A stretch of 64,000 nucleotides of DNA from a virus. This document shows positions 29,721 to 39,306 of this stretch, piece by piece; the stretch's first letter is position 1, and every line of letters starts with the position of its first letter. The DNA lies in the IMG/VR virus record IMGVR_UViG_3300046824_000031, positions 1,191 through 65,190 of that record; one strand, given 5' to 3'. Both the position numbers and the translations under genes were made by a program. The notes beneath the pieces were generated by a model. The model was not told where the DNA came from, did no database searches, and saw only the letters and a list, made by a program, of their open reading frames with translations.

Positions 29721-30290
29721 ATGGCCGAATATCAACTCACGCAGACCGGCATGATTCTTCATACGGTGATCACCGAGACTGAGGCTGGATTCGTCACGAG
29801 AGTAGACACTATCCCGGCTGATCCGGCGAACAGTGAGTATCAACACTATCTTGCCTGGGATGCCATTCCAGGGAACACCGCAGATCCAGCAGATCCTTTG
29901 CCGGTTCAAAAGCAGGGGTATACCGTCGTTCGGATCGAGGACATACGAACCTCCGATGCGACTGTTTTTACGTTCGCCTCCTGGCCCCTGGAGGAGAAGA
30001 CGCTGTACACCGCCCGCTTCACGATCATGGCGGTAGACACCGTGAGCGGAGCCTGTCACGTCTGGTACGGCAAAGCCTCAGCCAAACGGCTCACAGCCAA
30101 TGCGATTCTGGTTGGAACCCCGAACATCGACACCGATCATCCTGACGCGGCAGCAGCCGGCTGGCTCGTTGCGGTGGATGTTTCCAGTACGAACTTCAGG
30201 ATCAGAGTGACGGGGGCCGCAGGACGAACGATCTCCTGGAATCTCGTGGGAGAAGTTCTCCGAGCGAGACCAGACGGACTGGTGGACTGA
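29721..30290 (+). CDS. Tail fibre assembly-like protein fused to a beta domain
   Basis: IPADPANSEYQHYLAW..GNTADP motif commonly follows fibre genes. Confidence 0.6.
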   Translation: MAEYQLTQTGMILHTVITETEAGFVTRVDTIPADPANSEYQHYLAWDAIPGNTADPADPLPVQKQGYTVVRIEDIRTSDATVFTFASWPLEEKTLYTARFTIMAVDTVSGACHVWYGKASAKRLTANAILVGTPNIDTDHPDAAAAGWLVAVDVSSTNFRIRVTGAAGRTISWNLVGEVLRARPDGLVD

Positions 30291-30448
30291 TGTTGATGCT
30301 CTGGCTCGTTCTTCCCTTTATCAGCGGGACGCCCATTCCCGATGACGATCTGGTCGGGTACGATTGGGAGATTACGGAATCCAACACGGACTCAAACCAG
30401 GCCGTGTATGTTATTCCGCCGATCATCATCAGCGACGAGACGATCTAA
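30290..30448 (+). CDS. 52-aa hypothetical protein
   Basis: TGATG coupling; hydrophobic N-terminus, acidic remainder; not in the track. Confidence 0.4.
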   Translation: MLMLWLVLPFISGTPIPDDDLVGYDWEITESNTDSNQAVYVIPPIIISDETI

Positions 30449-30466
30449 GGGAGAGGAGAGAACCGT

Positions 30467-30874
30467 ATGGCTGGGAGTTTCTCAGACTACCTGGAGAACC
30501 TTGTTCTCAACCACACGTTCAACGGTGCCGCCTTTACTTCACCGGCTACGGTGTATGTGGCCCTGTTCACCGCCACCCCCTCCGACACAGGCGGCGGCAC
30601 CGAAGTCTCAGGGAACGCCTATGCCAGAGTCGCTGTCACCGGGAATACCACCAACTTCCCGACGACCTCGACGGGATCCATCTCCAACGGAACGGCGATC
30701 ACCTTCCCCCAGGCGACACCGTCGGGGTGGGGCGTGATCACCCAGTTCGGGATCTTCGATGCGTCAACCTCTGGGAACCTCCTGGTCTGGGGAGACCTCT
30801 CGGCCTCCAAGACTGTGGACCCGCTCGACACGGTCTCGTTTGCCATCGGCGCGCTGACCATCACGCTCGCGTAA
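30467..30874 (+). CDS. Conserved phage minor tail/fibre protein
   Basis: FSDYLENLVLNH..YVALFT..EVSGNAYAR..GIFDASTSGNLL; GGAGAGGAG RBS. Confidence 0.75.
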   Translation: MAGSFSDYLENLVLNHTFNGAAFTSPATVYVALFTATPSDTGGGTEVSGNAYARVAVTGNTTNFPTTSTGSISNGTAITFPQATPSGWGVITQFGIFDASTSGNLLVWGDLSASKTVDPLDTVSFAIGALTITLA

Positions 30875-30896
30875 TCAGGGGGAGGAAGAGAACATC

Positions 30897-31163
30897 ATGG
30901 CTACCCTCTCCCAGGCTGAACGGGATCGGATCTTTCGCTGGATACAGCGAGATCCGAATCTCGGGTCGGCGCTGTTCACGAAGCCGCAACTTGCTGCGGC
31001 TATTGGGGCGGCTGATGATTGGGTTGATGCCAACTCCGCAGCCTTCAATGCTGCCCTCCCGGGAGGATTCAGGAACGCAGCGACGCCGGAACAGAAAGCC
31101 ATGTTGCTGACCTACGTGATCACGCGGCGTTTCGGACGGGCACCTCGGGATGGGGATGATTAG
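30897..31163 (+). CDS. Hypothetical virion-module protein
   Basis: GGAGG RBS; helical. Confidence 0.65.
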   Translation: MATLSQAERDRIFRWIQRDPNLGSALFTKPQLAAAIGAADDWVDANSAAFNAALPGGFRNAATPEQKAMLLTYVITRRFGRAPRDGDD

Positions 31164-31168
31164 CCCTC

Positions 31169-31669
31169 ATGGCTACACGATTCGTCGGCACACCCTACGC
31201 CGCTGAGTTTCCGTCCACGAACTTCCCGCAGTTGACGATCTCGAACACGACGGCTCGCCGTCCCGTGCTGGCCTTTGATGCCAGCACTGACGAGACCTGT
31301 TACTGGACAGGTGTTGCCCCTCAGGGTCTGACCGGTACGATAACTTTGGTTATCACGTTCATTATGGCAAGCGCGACCTCGGGGGCCGTCGGCTTTCAAG
31401 CAGCCTTGGAAGCTATCACCCCAGGGGATTCTGTGGACGTGGATTCCAGCACGTCGTTCGATAGCGTCAATAACAGTGCGAGCACGACGGTCCCAGGGAC
31501 GGCAGGCTTTGAAGGTTCGATCAGCATTACGATGACGAACGCCGACAGCGTAGCAGCCGGTGATTCTATCAGGCTGTCCTTGAACCGGGATGCTGACGGA
31601 TCCGCGATCACCGACAGTGCTACAGGGGATGCTCAGGTTCTCAGTGTTGAGCTTCGAGATTCGGCCTAG
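31169..31669 (+). CDS. Beta-sandwich virion protein
   Basis: LAFDASTDE..IRLSLNRDA..DAQVLSVEL jelly-roll pattern. Confidence 0.6.
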   Translation: MATRFVGTPYAAEFPSTNFPQLTISNTTARRPVLAFDASTDETCYWTGVAPQGLTGTITLVITFIMASATSGAVGFQAALEAITPGDSVDVDSSTSFDSVNNSASTTVPGTAGFEGSISITMTNADSVAAGDSIRLSLNRDADGSAITDSATGDAQVLSVELRDSA

Positions 31670-31682
31670 AGAGCCCTGACCG

Positions 31683-33248
31683 ATGGCTATTCGTGTTACA
31701 GCAGCTACCACCTACCTGAGCCATCTTTCGATCAGCGTCCCTGATGATGCGTTTACCATCATGGGGTGGTTTTATCTGACCACGGACAGAAACGCTACCG
31801 GCGTGCTTATGCAGTGTCTCAACGCCGGTGGCACACGGTACAAGGTCGTGAACCTGGCGACGGATGGTACGACGCTCGTCCTCGTCAGTAGCGACTTCGC
31901 CACAGTGAACGGCACCAATCTTTCGACAGGAACGTGGTATCACGTCGCCCTGGTCGCCAACGGGTCGAATACCTACGTCTACCTGAACGGCGTCCAGGAC
32001 GCGACGAACACGGATGCCTCTGGGGCGACAACCTATACCGTCCTGATTTTCGGATCGAATAGCGTCCAGTTTATGGACGGGCGTATCTTCGATCTCAAGA
32101 TGTGGAACACGGCTTTGACGGTGTCTGAAGTTCAGCAGGAGATGAACACGATCCGCCCCCAGCGGTTCGATAGCCTGTACGGTTCGTGGCCGGTCTTCCC
32201 AGGATCAGGGGAGAGGGGGCGAGACTACTCAGGAAACGGGCGGAACCTGACCGAGAACGGTTCGCTCTCCGACGAGGATCCTCCCCCAGTCAGCTACGGT
32301 GCTCCCGGCTGGATCATTGTCCCGTTCACCTCTAGTGCTGGATCAGAGGCAGCCGTAGGACAGTCGGACGGATCGTCATCAGTCACAGGGACGCTCGAAT
32401 CTACCGTCCCCATCGCAGCGAGTTCTGCTGGGGTCTCGTCGGATACCGCCGCCCTTTCATCTACCGTCCCCATCGTCGCTTCTAGTGCCGGTGCTTCCTC
32501 TGATTCAGCGGCCCTCAGGGCTACCGTCCCGATCATCGCGTCGTCTGCTGGGGACAGCAGTACCACGGGCACGGTACGAGCCACAGTCTCCATCATAGCC
32601 TCGTCGGCTGGGGCCAGCAGTACCACAGCCACCGCGTCCTCGACAGCCCCCATAGCCGCGACTTCTGCTGGAGCTAGCAGTACCACAGCCGCAGCGAGAG
32701 CGACCGTCCCCATCGCAGCCAGTTCTGCTGGGGTCTCCAGTACGACAGCGACCCTGGGGATGTCAGGCGGGGACGAGGCGGCTGTCGGGTCCAGTGCTGG
32801 GGTGAGTTCGACCTCAGGGACGGTGACGATCCAGGCGAGAGCCGTTGGATCTAGTGCAGGCGTCAGTTCTACTGTAGCGGCCCTCAGTGCGACCGTCAGG
32901 ATCGTAGGATCGTCTGCTGGAGTCTCGTCGGACTCGGGGGCGGCATCGGCTAGTGTCAGGATCGTAGCTTCCAGTGCCGGTGTCTCTAGTATCCTGGCGG
33001 ATCTTACCCGCACTCCCTGGGCAGGAGAACCAGAAGCGGCTATCGGATCCAGTGCCGGTGTATCTACAGTTCTGGGGGCCTTGCGATCTACGGTCCCCGT
33101 GGGAGGGCTGTCTCAAGCGGTCTCCTTCGCGAGTCTCTTTCTCACCCCGATCCCAACTGGCCCCCCAGAAACGCATCGCTATACGCAGTTCGTAGAGCCA
33201 GGAGACGGCTTGGAGTACGCCATCCTGGCCTCGCAGTCCCGAGGCTAG
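31683..33248 (+). CDS. LamG/ConA-like lectin domain plus 20-aa Ser/Ala repeat stalk
   Basis: FTIMGWF..TWYHVALV..YVYLNGVQ..DGRIFDLKMWNTALT LamG signature. Confidence 0.8.
   Translation: MAIRVTAATTYLSHLSISVPDDAFTIMGWFYLTTDRNATGVLMQCLNAGGTRYKVVNLATDGTTLVLVSSDFATVNGTNLSTGTWYHVALVANGSNTYVYLNGVQDATNTDASGATTYTVLIFGSNSVQFMDGRIFDLKMWNTALTVSEVQQEMNTIRPQRFDSLYGSWPVFPGSGERGRDYSGNGRNLTENGSLSDEDPPPVSYGAPGWIIVPFTSSAGSEAAVGQSDGSSSVTGTLESTVPIAASSAGVSSDTAALSSTVPIVASSAGASSDSAALRATVPIIASSAGDSSTTGTVRATVSIIASSAGASSTTATASSTAPIAATSAGASSTTAAARATVPIAASSAGVSSTTATLGMSGGDEAAVGSSAGVSSTSGTVTIQARAVGSSAGVSSTVAALSATVRIVGSSAGVSSDSGAASASVRIVASSAGVSSILADLTRTPWAGEPEAAIGSSAGVSTVLGALRSTVPVGGLSQAVSFASLFLTPIPTGPPETHRYTQFVEPGDGLEYAILASQSRG
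32401..33110 (+). repeat. 60-bp (20-aa) coding tandem repeat
   Basis: TVPIAASSAGxSSxxAxLxx units at 32401, 32461, 32521, 32581, 32641, 32701, then degenerate copies. Confidence 0.9.
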
Positions 33249-33299
33249 ACAGTCTTCGAGAGAACACGGTACGATACTTCAGAGAAAGAGGGGCTGAGC

Positions 33300-34472
33300 A
33301 TGACAGTTGTCTCGATCCATCGAACGAGGAACGGCGTGCTTACGTCGGCAGATTCTGCCACCCTCTCTATCGTGAATGCCACGGGATTTACGGTGCTCCC
33401 GACAACCACGATCACCCCAGAATCTGAGGGGATCTACGTCTACACGACATCATCCCTGGCCTCTGGGAGATACACGGCGACCTGGATATTTACGGTCGAT
33501 GGGCTCGCCAATGATACGGTTGCCAGAGCCTTTCAGGTTGATAGCTATGTCGAACTCTCTGAAGGCATCATGCTGATGGATCTAGAGCGATTAGTCGCCC
33601 GCAGAATTGGTCCCTATAGACGACTCAGGGTAGGTTCTGGATCGAGCACCAACAGTGTCTCTATCCCGAGGATCAAAAGCTCGCTGGCCCTGGGAACCTA
33701 CGAGGATCAGTATCTCTTGCGAAGAGGCTTGTTGTTTGGGGACGAACTGGTTCAGAACTTCAATGCCCTGGATAGGGTCCGGCAAGTAGATACCTACGAT
33801 TCTACGAACGGGGCGCTGACGGTTGATCTGGCCTACGCTCTGACTCCGGTCATGAATGAGGGCATAGAAGTTCACTCCCTGGATCCTGAGGAAGAACTCA
33901 GACCGGCAGTGATCGACGGGCTGAAGCGATGCTTCTTCTGGGATACCCTGTCAATCAATGTCACCGGCTCTGGGGTGTACAACATCGACCTGTCAGCCAC
34001 GGTTCCCTGGCTTACGAACCCGGCATGGATCAGAAACGTCTCCCTGTCCTACCCCTCCCAGCTTCTGCCTCCCACGCGCATGCAGTGGTGGGAACCGTAC
34101 AGGGACGGGAAGAGCCTCAAGCTCTACACCAAGGGGGGAGCCGTCGGGTCGGTAACCCTCTCAGTCCTCAGGCCCGCTCACACCCTGGTCAATGGGGAGG
34201 ATTCTCTCGGCGGTCCCAACGATGACCTTGATGTTCTCTACGTTGACGGGGACTATGCTGCGTGGTCTGGGGTGCTAGAGTGCTGGAAGAACTATCCAGA
34301 GATCCTGACCCCCCTGGCGGCACAGAGTATGCGTCCATCTCGGACCGATGCCTCTGAAGAGTTCACCAAGAAGAGTCTGTCGATCTCCAATCAGGAAGTG
34401 GACAGACGACAGGTTGACTACGGGTATCCTGACATCGTCCAGATCGGGAACCTCGCGGAGCCAGTAACCTGA
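33300..34472 (+). CDS. Putative head-tail adaptor with N-terminal Ig-like domain
   Basis: Directly before the nozzle-like gene; Ig-like N-terminus, helical/beta C-terminus. Confidence 0.55.
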   Translation: MTVVSIHRTRNGVLTSADSATLSIVNATGFTVLPTTTITPESEGIYVYTTSSLASGRYTATWIFTVDGLANDTVARAFQVDSYVELSEGIMLMDLERLVARRIGPYRRLRVGSGSSTNSVSIPRIKSSLALGTYEDQYLLRRGLLFGDELVQNFNALDRVRQVDTYDSTNGALTVDLAYALTPVMNEGIEVHSLDPEEELRPAVIDGLKRCFFWDTLSINVTGSGVYNIDLSATVPWLTNPAWIRNVSLSYPSQLLPPTRMQWWEPYRDGKSLKLYTKGGAVGSVTLSVLRPAHTLVNGEDSLGGPNDDLDVLYVDGDYAAWSGVLECWKNYPEILTPLAAQSMRPSRTDASEEFTKKSLSISNQEVDRRQVDYGYPDIVQIGNLAEPVT

Positions 34473-34642
34473 TGACCTGTGCATGCCCGACCCCCTACAC
34501 TGTCCCGGGTCTTGTCGAGCATATGGACTGTGAGGACTTCAAGTACCATCTGGTAGATCTCATAGATCAGGGGGTAGAGGAACGGTATGCGTCCCTCGTG
34601 GAAGAATGGGAAGCTGAAATTCTCTGGGGGATCCAACGGTAA
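34472..34642 (+). CDS. 56-aa hypothetical protein
   Basis: TGATG at the start and TAATG at the end (coupled on both sides); not in the track. Confidence 0.6.
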   Translation: MTCACPTPYTVPGLVEHMDCEDFKYHLVDLIDQGVEERYASLVEEWEAEILWGIQR

Positions 34643-36741
34643 TGCCTGGAGCAACACTCTGGAATTCCAAGCGACGACCGTTCCCCTATGACATGTACCT
34701 GGGGGACGTGCGCTGCATTCTAGAGCCAGGGTCAGATGGGAACCTCGTCACCTCAAAGACCAAGACCCTGGATGCAACCGCCCCCGTGGACTACACCTAC
34801 TCGTCTGCCAACCCCTACAAGGAACGAGCGTTTGAGTGGCAGGAACTCTACGGTGGGTTTGGGCAGGGGACGGCCCCTCCTGGTGGTCAAGTACCACGCC
34901 GGTATTCCCATACGGTCAAAGCTGACCTCAGCGTTGACGGCCTCTGGATGAAAGGCCCCAAGTTCGAGACGCACGAAGAGGCGCTATCGGGAGCCGGCGA
35001 GATCCGTCAGATGATCTGGGCCTTGCACTCAGGGTCTCCCGCCCTCTTTGCCATCTGCCAGAATGGGGTGTACCGCAGGGTCGCTGACAACAACTGGGCC
35101 GTGTCCCTCAGTGCGGCGACGCTTGGAGGCGGGGTCTTCCCTCAGCAGGCGATGCGGTTCAAGCACCGAGGGGCCACCCCCCTTGATGCCCTCTATGTCG
35201 CGACGAATGCCAGTAATCTCTGGCAGTACAACGGGACGACCAACACCTGGGCACTGGCAGGAACTACGGCAGGGCCAGGGACAGGATCGACTCAGGGAGA
35301 GGCTCGCTATATCGAGCGGGTCAATGACGAACTGTGGGTAGCCGGGAACTACTGGGTGGTGAAGGTCACTGACGATCCGATGGATCGGACCAAGTACAGT
35401 GCCGTGATCTACATCGGGGACCAGACGGCCAAGATCACCTGGCTGAAGCAGTTGAACGATACCCTCATCATCTACAAAGAGGATGGTGTCTACACCGTAG
35501 ATACTACCGGTCTAGATCATGAGTTGTTCCCGACCCTGCGGGGGGCGAACCACCCGAACAACGGCAAGAACGCAGCGGTCTGGATCAACAGGATCTGGTT
35601 CACCTTCGGAGATCAGACGTTCACGATTGATGAGCAGGGGACGCTGAAGCCTGATGGAACCGAGCAGTTACTGGAGAACACCAGTGACGTGCATGGTCAG
35701 TGGGTAGCGGGGGCCGGTCATAACACGTGGTTCTTCTACGAGATGTACTACAACCTCGATAACAACATGACCTACCTGATCAAGCATGGAACCTGGGTCG
35801 AGGAGAATTCCTCCCAGGCCACCCCAGGCGTCGCGCAGTTCGCAGAAGCGCATCATGGTGCCCTCTACGATTGGAACAAGCAGGGCTGCTTTCTCGACGT
35901 GGTCTCGGGGGCAGCGTCTACGGGGAATGACCGGATCTATGTGGGGTTCACGGACGGGACGATCCAATGGGCGGTCCTTCCCCAGAACAGTCCGAACCCG
36001 GCTGAAGACGTACACTGCGAGTTCACGAGCCTGGACAGCTACGTCTATCTTCCCACGCATCACTCAGGCTTTCGGGCTGATAACAAACTCTGGCATGCCA
36101 TCACGGCCACTGGCCCCCATCTGACCAACACCGAGTGGATCGAAGTTGAATACCGGCTGGACATCTCGAACGATCTCAGTGAGTGGGTGCCTGTCACTGA
36201 CGACGGGGTGAAGTTCACCATCCCCTCCCAGAGAAAAACGTTCACCGATGACGAGGTCAACGATCCCGTCTCAGGGAAGTTGATTCAGTTTCGGGCGAAG
36301 CTCGTGAAGGATCCGTCGCTCTCCGAATCTCCACCGTTCCTCTCCCCTGTCAGTGAGGGGATTATCATCCACGAAAGTATTAGACCGGCATTCTCTAGGG
36401 AGTTTACGTTCTCGATCAAAGCCGCGAGCTTCCTGCCCCGTCGGGACGGCATGGCTGACCGACGACGGGGCGAGGACATTCGGCAGCGGGTGCTCCAGCG
36501 GTGTGCCCAGGTCGGCCCCCTGAATGTCCTGATGCCGACGGGTGAGTACGAACCCCTGACCATCGTGGATTACCGGGACTCTGGGGCATCCTGGTCGAAG
36601 CGGAGAGATCATGAGTATCTGATCCAGATCCAGGGCATTCAGCTTGGGGTACTCTCGGTCGAGACACCAGGTGTCTCGTCTGGTCTGACCTACGACACCC
36701 TGGAGCAGTACACGCTTGACGAGTTGGAGGCGATCATCTAA
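34642..36741 (+). CDS. Short-tail nozzle/stabilisation protein (beta-propeller-like)
   Basis: 699 aa, Trp/Tyr-rich beta repeats, podovirus position after the adaptor. Confidence 0.6.
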   Translation: MPGATLWNSKRRPFPYDMYLGDVRCILEPGSDGNLVTSKTKTLDATAPVDYTYSSANPYKERAFEWQELYGGFGQGTAPPGGQVPRRYSHTVKADLSVDGLWMKGPKFETHEEALSGAGEIRQMIWALHSGSPALFAICQNGVYRRVADNNWAVSLSAATLGGGVFPQQAMRFKHRGATPLDALYVATNASNLWQYNGTTNTWALAGTTAGPGTGSTQGEARYIERVNDELWVAGNYWVVKVTDDPMDRTKYSAVIYIGDQTAKITWLKQLNDTLIIYKEDGVYTVDTTGLDHELFPTLRGANHPNNGKNAAVWINRIWFTFGDQTFTIDEQGTLKPDGTEQLLENTSDVHGQWVAGAGHNTWFFYEMYYNLDNNMTYLIKHGTWVEENSSQATPGVAQFAEAHHGALYDWNKQGCFLDVVSGAASTGNDRIYVGFTDGTIQWAVLPQNSPNPAEDVHCEFTSLDSYVYLPTHHSGFRADNKLWHAITATGPHLTNTEWIEVEYRLDISNDLSEWVPVTDDGVKFTIPSQRKTFTDDEVNDPVSGKLIQFRAKLVKDPSLSESPPFLSPVSEGIIIHESIRPAFSREFTFSIKAASFLPRRDGMADRRRGEDIRQRVLQRCAQVGPLNVLMPTGEYEPLTIVDYRDSGASWSKRRDHEYLIQIQGIQLGVLSVETPGVSSGLTYDTLEQYTLDELEAII

Positions 36742-37694
36742 TGGTCAGGGTCACCACGAACAACTACGGTGCCGCTACTGACACGCAGTTCGCGTGGGCG
36801 ACCTCAGGGACGGATCTCTTCAGTCGTACACAAGACCTGTACAGGTTAGCGCAGGCCGTTGAGTTTCACGATCACGGTTCGACACGAGGACTACCGGTCG
36901 CACGGCTCGCGAACAACGCGGTCACAGAAACCTCGATCTCGGCCCTGTCGGTGACGACGACCAAGATCGCTAACCAGGCCGTAACGGTAGACAAGATCGC
37001 TGACGGCAATGTGACCGACGCCAAGATGACGAACCAGAAGGTCAACAGAACCGGTGATACGATCACAGGTGACGTGACCATCTACAGGTCAGGCGCTCCT
37101 ACGACCGGCTATATACTATTAGGGAATGTTGGGAACCATATCGGCTTCGATGGGGCCAACCCCATGTTTAGCGGCAATATCATGTGGCATTCCGGTAATG
37201 ATGGGGTAGGGTCTGCCGTGGACGCTGGACTCCTGGGAGGACAGGCCCCAGCGTTTTATGCCTCGGCTGCGAGTTTAGCCGCAGGATTGGCAGCGGTGGT
37301 CACCTTTCCTCTGGCCGGTATATGCCTATTTCCAGGTGTAGTAAACATCACAGCGGCCGGATCACATTTTGCGCGCTTCACCCCACTCGATGGACGCATG
37401 ATAGTGGGCGCAGGAACCACTGGGGGGCAAATATTCGCTGAAAATACCTCAGGCGGAACTACCTGGACCCCCGCAGCAAGCGTCTCGGCTAACAACGGTT
37501 CTCTCGGAGTCTCAGGAAGCGTGGGCACGCCTACGGAAACCTTCCCAGTCCAGGGGGGAGGAACGCAGGTAGCGTCGAGTGGTCATAGCCACTCGATCTC
37601 TGTGGGTCTATCGGGATCAGTATCTATAGCCGGTAATGCTACTGTCTGGTTCCCTCCCCTCTATGTAGGTGTCTGGGCGCAGAGGGTAAACTAA
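36741..37694 (+). CDS. Tail fibre protein
   Basis: 10-aa VTxxKI repeats, KVNRTGDTITG, Gly-rich tip. Confidence 0.75.
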   Translation: MVRVTTNNYGAATDTQFAWATSGTDLFSRTQDLYRLAQAVEFHDHGSTRGLPVARLANNAVTETSISALSVTTTKIANQAVTVDKIADGNVTDAKMTNQKVNRTGDTITGDVTIYRSGAPTTGYILLGNVGNHIGFDGANPMFSGNIMWHSGNDGVGSAVDAGLLGGQAPAFYASAASLAAGLAAVVTFPLAGICLFPGVVNITAAGSHFARFTPLDGRMIVGAGTTGGQIFAENTSGGTTWTPAASVSANNGSLGVSGSVGTPTETFPVQGGGTQVASSGHSHSISVGLSGSVSIAGNATVWFPPLYVGVWAQRVN

Positions 37695-38143
37695 TGTCGC
37701 AGGATCCTCGTCCAGAGAAACGAACGATCAAGAACTGGGCAGCCCGACTGTCGATGCAGGACGAGCTTCTTACTCTGGAAGAAGCACAGGCGTTCGCGCA
37801 GATCGTGCAGGCCGATAGACTTCTAGAGACGCGGGACATGATCTCGGATATCCAGATTCGGATTATGAGATTGGAACAGTTCATAGCCGGTACTCTCCCT
37901 GGCTACGACGAGTTCGTTCGACAGCGTCTCGAACGAGACACAGAGTACAAGCAGGCGCAGGGGCTTCCTGCTCCCGAGTCTCCCCAAGAGCAGCCGCCCC
38001 CGCCTCCCCCTTCCCTACCTTCACGAGGAGTACGACCGCATGTCACTGCCCCCGCGCTTAGAGGGCGATCACCTGTTCTGCTGGGCACAGACCGTCGCTC
38101 GGGAAGAACAGATCGTCCAGGCCAAGCAGTCCCTGGCGATTGA
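37694..38143 (+). CDS. Hypothetical protein (coiled coil)
   Basis: TAATG coupling. Confidence 0.55.
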   Translation: MSQDPRPEKRTIKNWAARLSMQDELLTLEEAQAFAQIVQADRLLETRDMISDIQIRIMRLEQFIAGTLPGYDEFVRQRLERDTEYKQAQGLPAPESPQEQPPPPPPSLPSRGVRPHVTAPALRGRSPVLLGTDRRSGRTDRPGQAVPGD

Positions 38144-38366
38144 GTATCTCACCGATCTAGGCTATACCCCCGGTGAATATCTCCTGACTAATGACGGCTA
38201 CATCATTTCGGCTGCGGAGAATGATGCTCGGGTGCGGACGTACTCCGCTCTGCCCCCAGAGTCTGCACTGACCCCACCTGAGGACCATCGGCCCCCTGGT
38301 AATGGGAGCCCAGGTCAGGATCTCCATACAGAAGACTGGGCTGAGAGTTCATCGCTTCAAACCTGA
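38040..38366 (+). CDS. Hypothetical protein
   Basis: GAGGAG RBS; overlaps both neighbours. Confidence 0.5.
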   Translation: MSLPPRLEGDHLFCWAQTVAREEQIVQAKQSLAIEYLTDLGYTPGEYLLTNDGYIISAAENDARVRTYSALPPESALTPPEDHRPPGNGSPGQDLHTEDWAESSSLQT

Positions 38367-38790
38367 TCTGGCAGATCTTCATGGTCGGGCGCAGCACGAT
38401 GGTATCTGGCCCCAGGTTCTTCAGTTCCAGCGTCAGCCTGCCTTCCCACCCTGGATCTACAAAGCCGGCTGATTCAACCTGAAGCCCGAACCGGGCCAGA
38501 GTACTCTTGCCGACAACGATCCCCGCCAGATTCCCAGGGATCTTCACGTACTCCAGGGTGCAGACGTTCACGAACTCCCCTGGCTTCAGGTAGTGCAGAT
38601 CAAAGGCCTTGGGCTGGTCCGTAGTCCCGAGCCCCATCATGGGGTCGATGATATGCCCACCCTGGGGGACGATGATCTCGTACCCCAGGCGCAGATCAAC
38701 CGACGCTGGCTGGATCGGGGTGAGCAGGGGCTTGACCAGGAGCGAGCCATCGTTCAGCATCCACCGTATGTTCCGGTTACTGAGGATCAT
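38203..38790 (-). CDS. dcd: dCTP deaminase
   Basis: MILSN, IQPASVDLRLG, GKSTLARFGL, AGFVDPGWEG..TLEL, ICQI, YQG. Confidence 0.93.
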   Translation of the reverse strand: MILSNRNIRWMLNDGSLLVKPLLTPIQPASVDLRLGYEIIVPQGGHIIDPMMGLGTTDQPKAFDLHYLKPGEFVNVCTLEYVKIPGNLAGIVVGKSTLARFGLQVESAGFVDPGWEGRLTLELKNLGPDTIVLRPTMKICQIRFEAMNSQPSLLYGDPDLGSHYQGADGPQVGSVQTLGAERSTSAPEHHSPQPK

Positions 38791-39001
38791 GCTGGAGTGC
38801 CTTTCGTCCGACTCTGCCTACTTTGGAGGGGAAGGCTTTCGGGACCATGTCTATGGCATCGTAGCCATCGTCCAGGATAAGCATCAGGTTACCGGTACTG
38901 AGCTTGACCACGTTGACCATAGCTCCAGGGGTGAAGCCCAGAGAGAAGGCTGCGTCCCCGAGGGGGACGCAGCCTTGAGAGTTGACGGCTGTTCGGTGCA
39001 T
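38777..39001 (-). CDS. AbrB/MazE/SpoVT-like DNA-binding protein
   Basis: VNSQGCVPL..LGFTPGAMVNV..GNLML swapped-hairpin pattern. Confidence 0.5.
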   Translation of the reverse strand: MHRTAVNSQGCVPLGDAAFSLGFTPGAMVNVVKLSTGNLMLILDDGYDAIDMVPKAFPSKVGRVGRKALQHDPQ

Positions 39002-39306
39002 CAGTCTTCTCCGGTATAGTATGGGGGAGCGAGGATATACCCTCGTCGCCGAAGTCCCGCCAGGACCGCACGAGCCGTGACTCGATCATACTCTTGAATA
39101 TTGGGGGCGAGATCCTCGTACGGAATCATGTCGGGGTGATGTTCATCGACATTGAGGGTACACTGAGGCCGGCAGGCTCCGACCCTGATACCCTCGTTCT
39201 GTCGTACGAAACGATGGGCGTGGTCCGCGAAGCCCTGCCGTATCCTCTCCTGCATCCAGGCTTTGTGGACATCGTCTGCGATCAGATCGATAATCGGATC
39301 TTCCAT
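39001..39306 (-). CDS. RyR-domain protein
   Basis: HKAWMQERIRQG..HPDMIPYEDL..EYDR. Confidence 0.8.
   Translation of the reverse strand: MEDPIIDLIADDVHKAWMQERIRQGFADHAHRFVRQNEGIRVGACRPQCTLNVDEHHPDMIPYEDLAPNIQEYDRVTARAVLAGLRRRGYILAPPYYTGED

Noticed and set aside
13790-33110. 51-bp and 60-bp tandem repeats as CRISPR-like arrays
   Set aside because: Periods are multiples of 3, in frame, degenerate at wobble positions, with no unique spacers or cas genes
28690-37694. Diversity-generating retroelement targeting fibre genes
   Set aside because: No reverse transcriptase and no TR/VR pair seen
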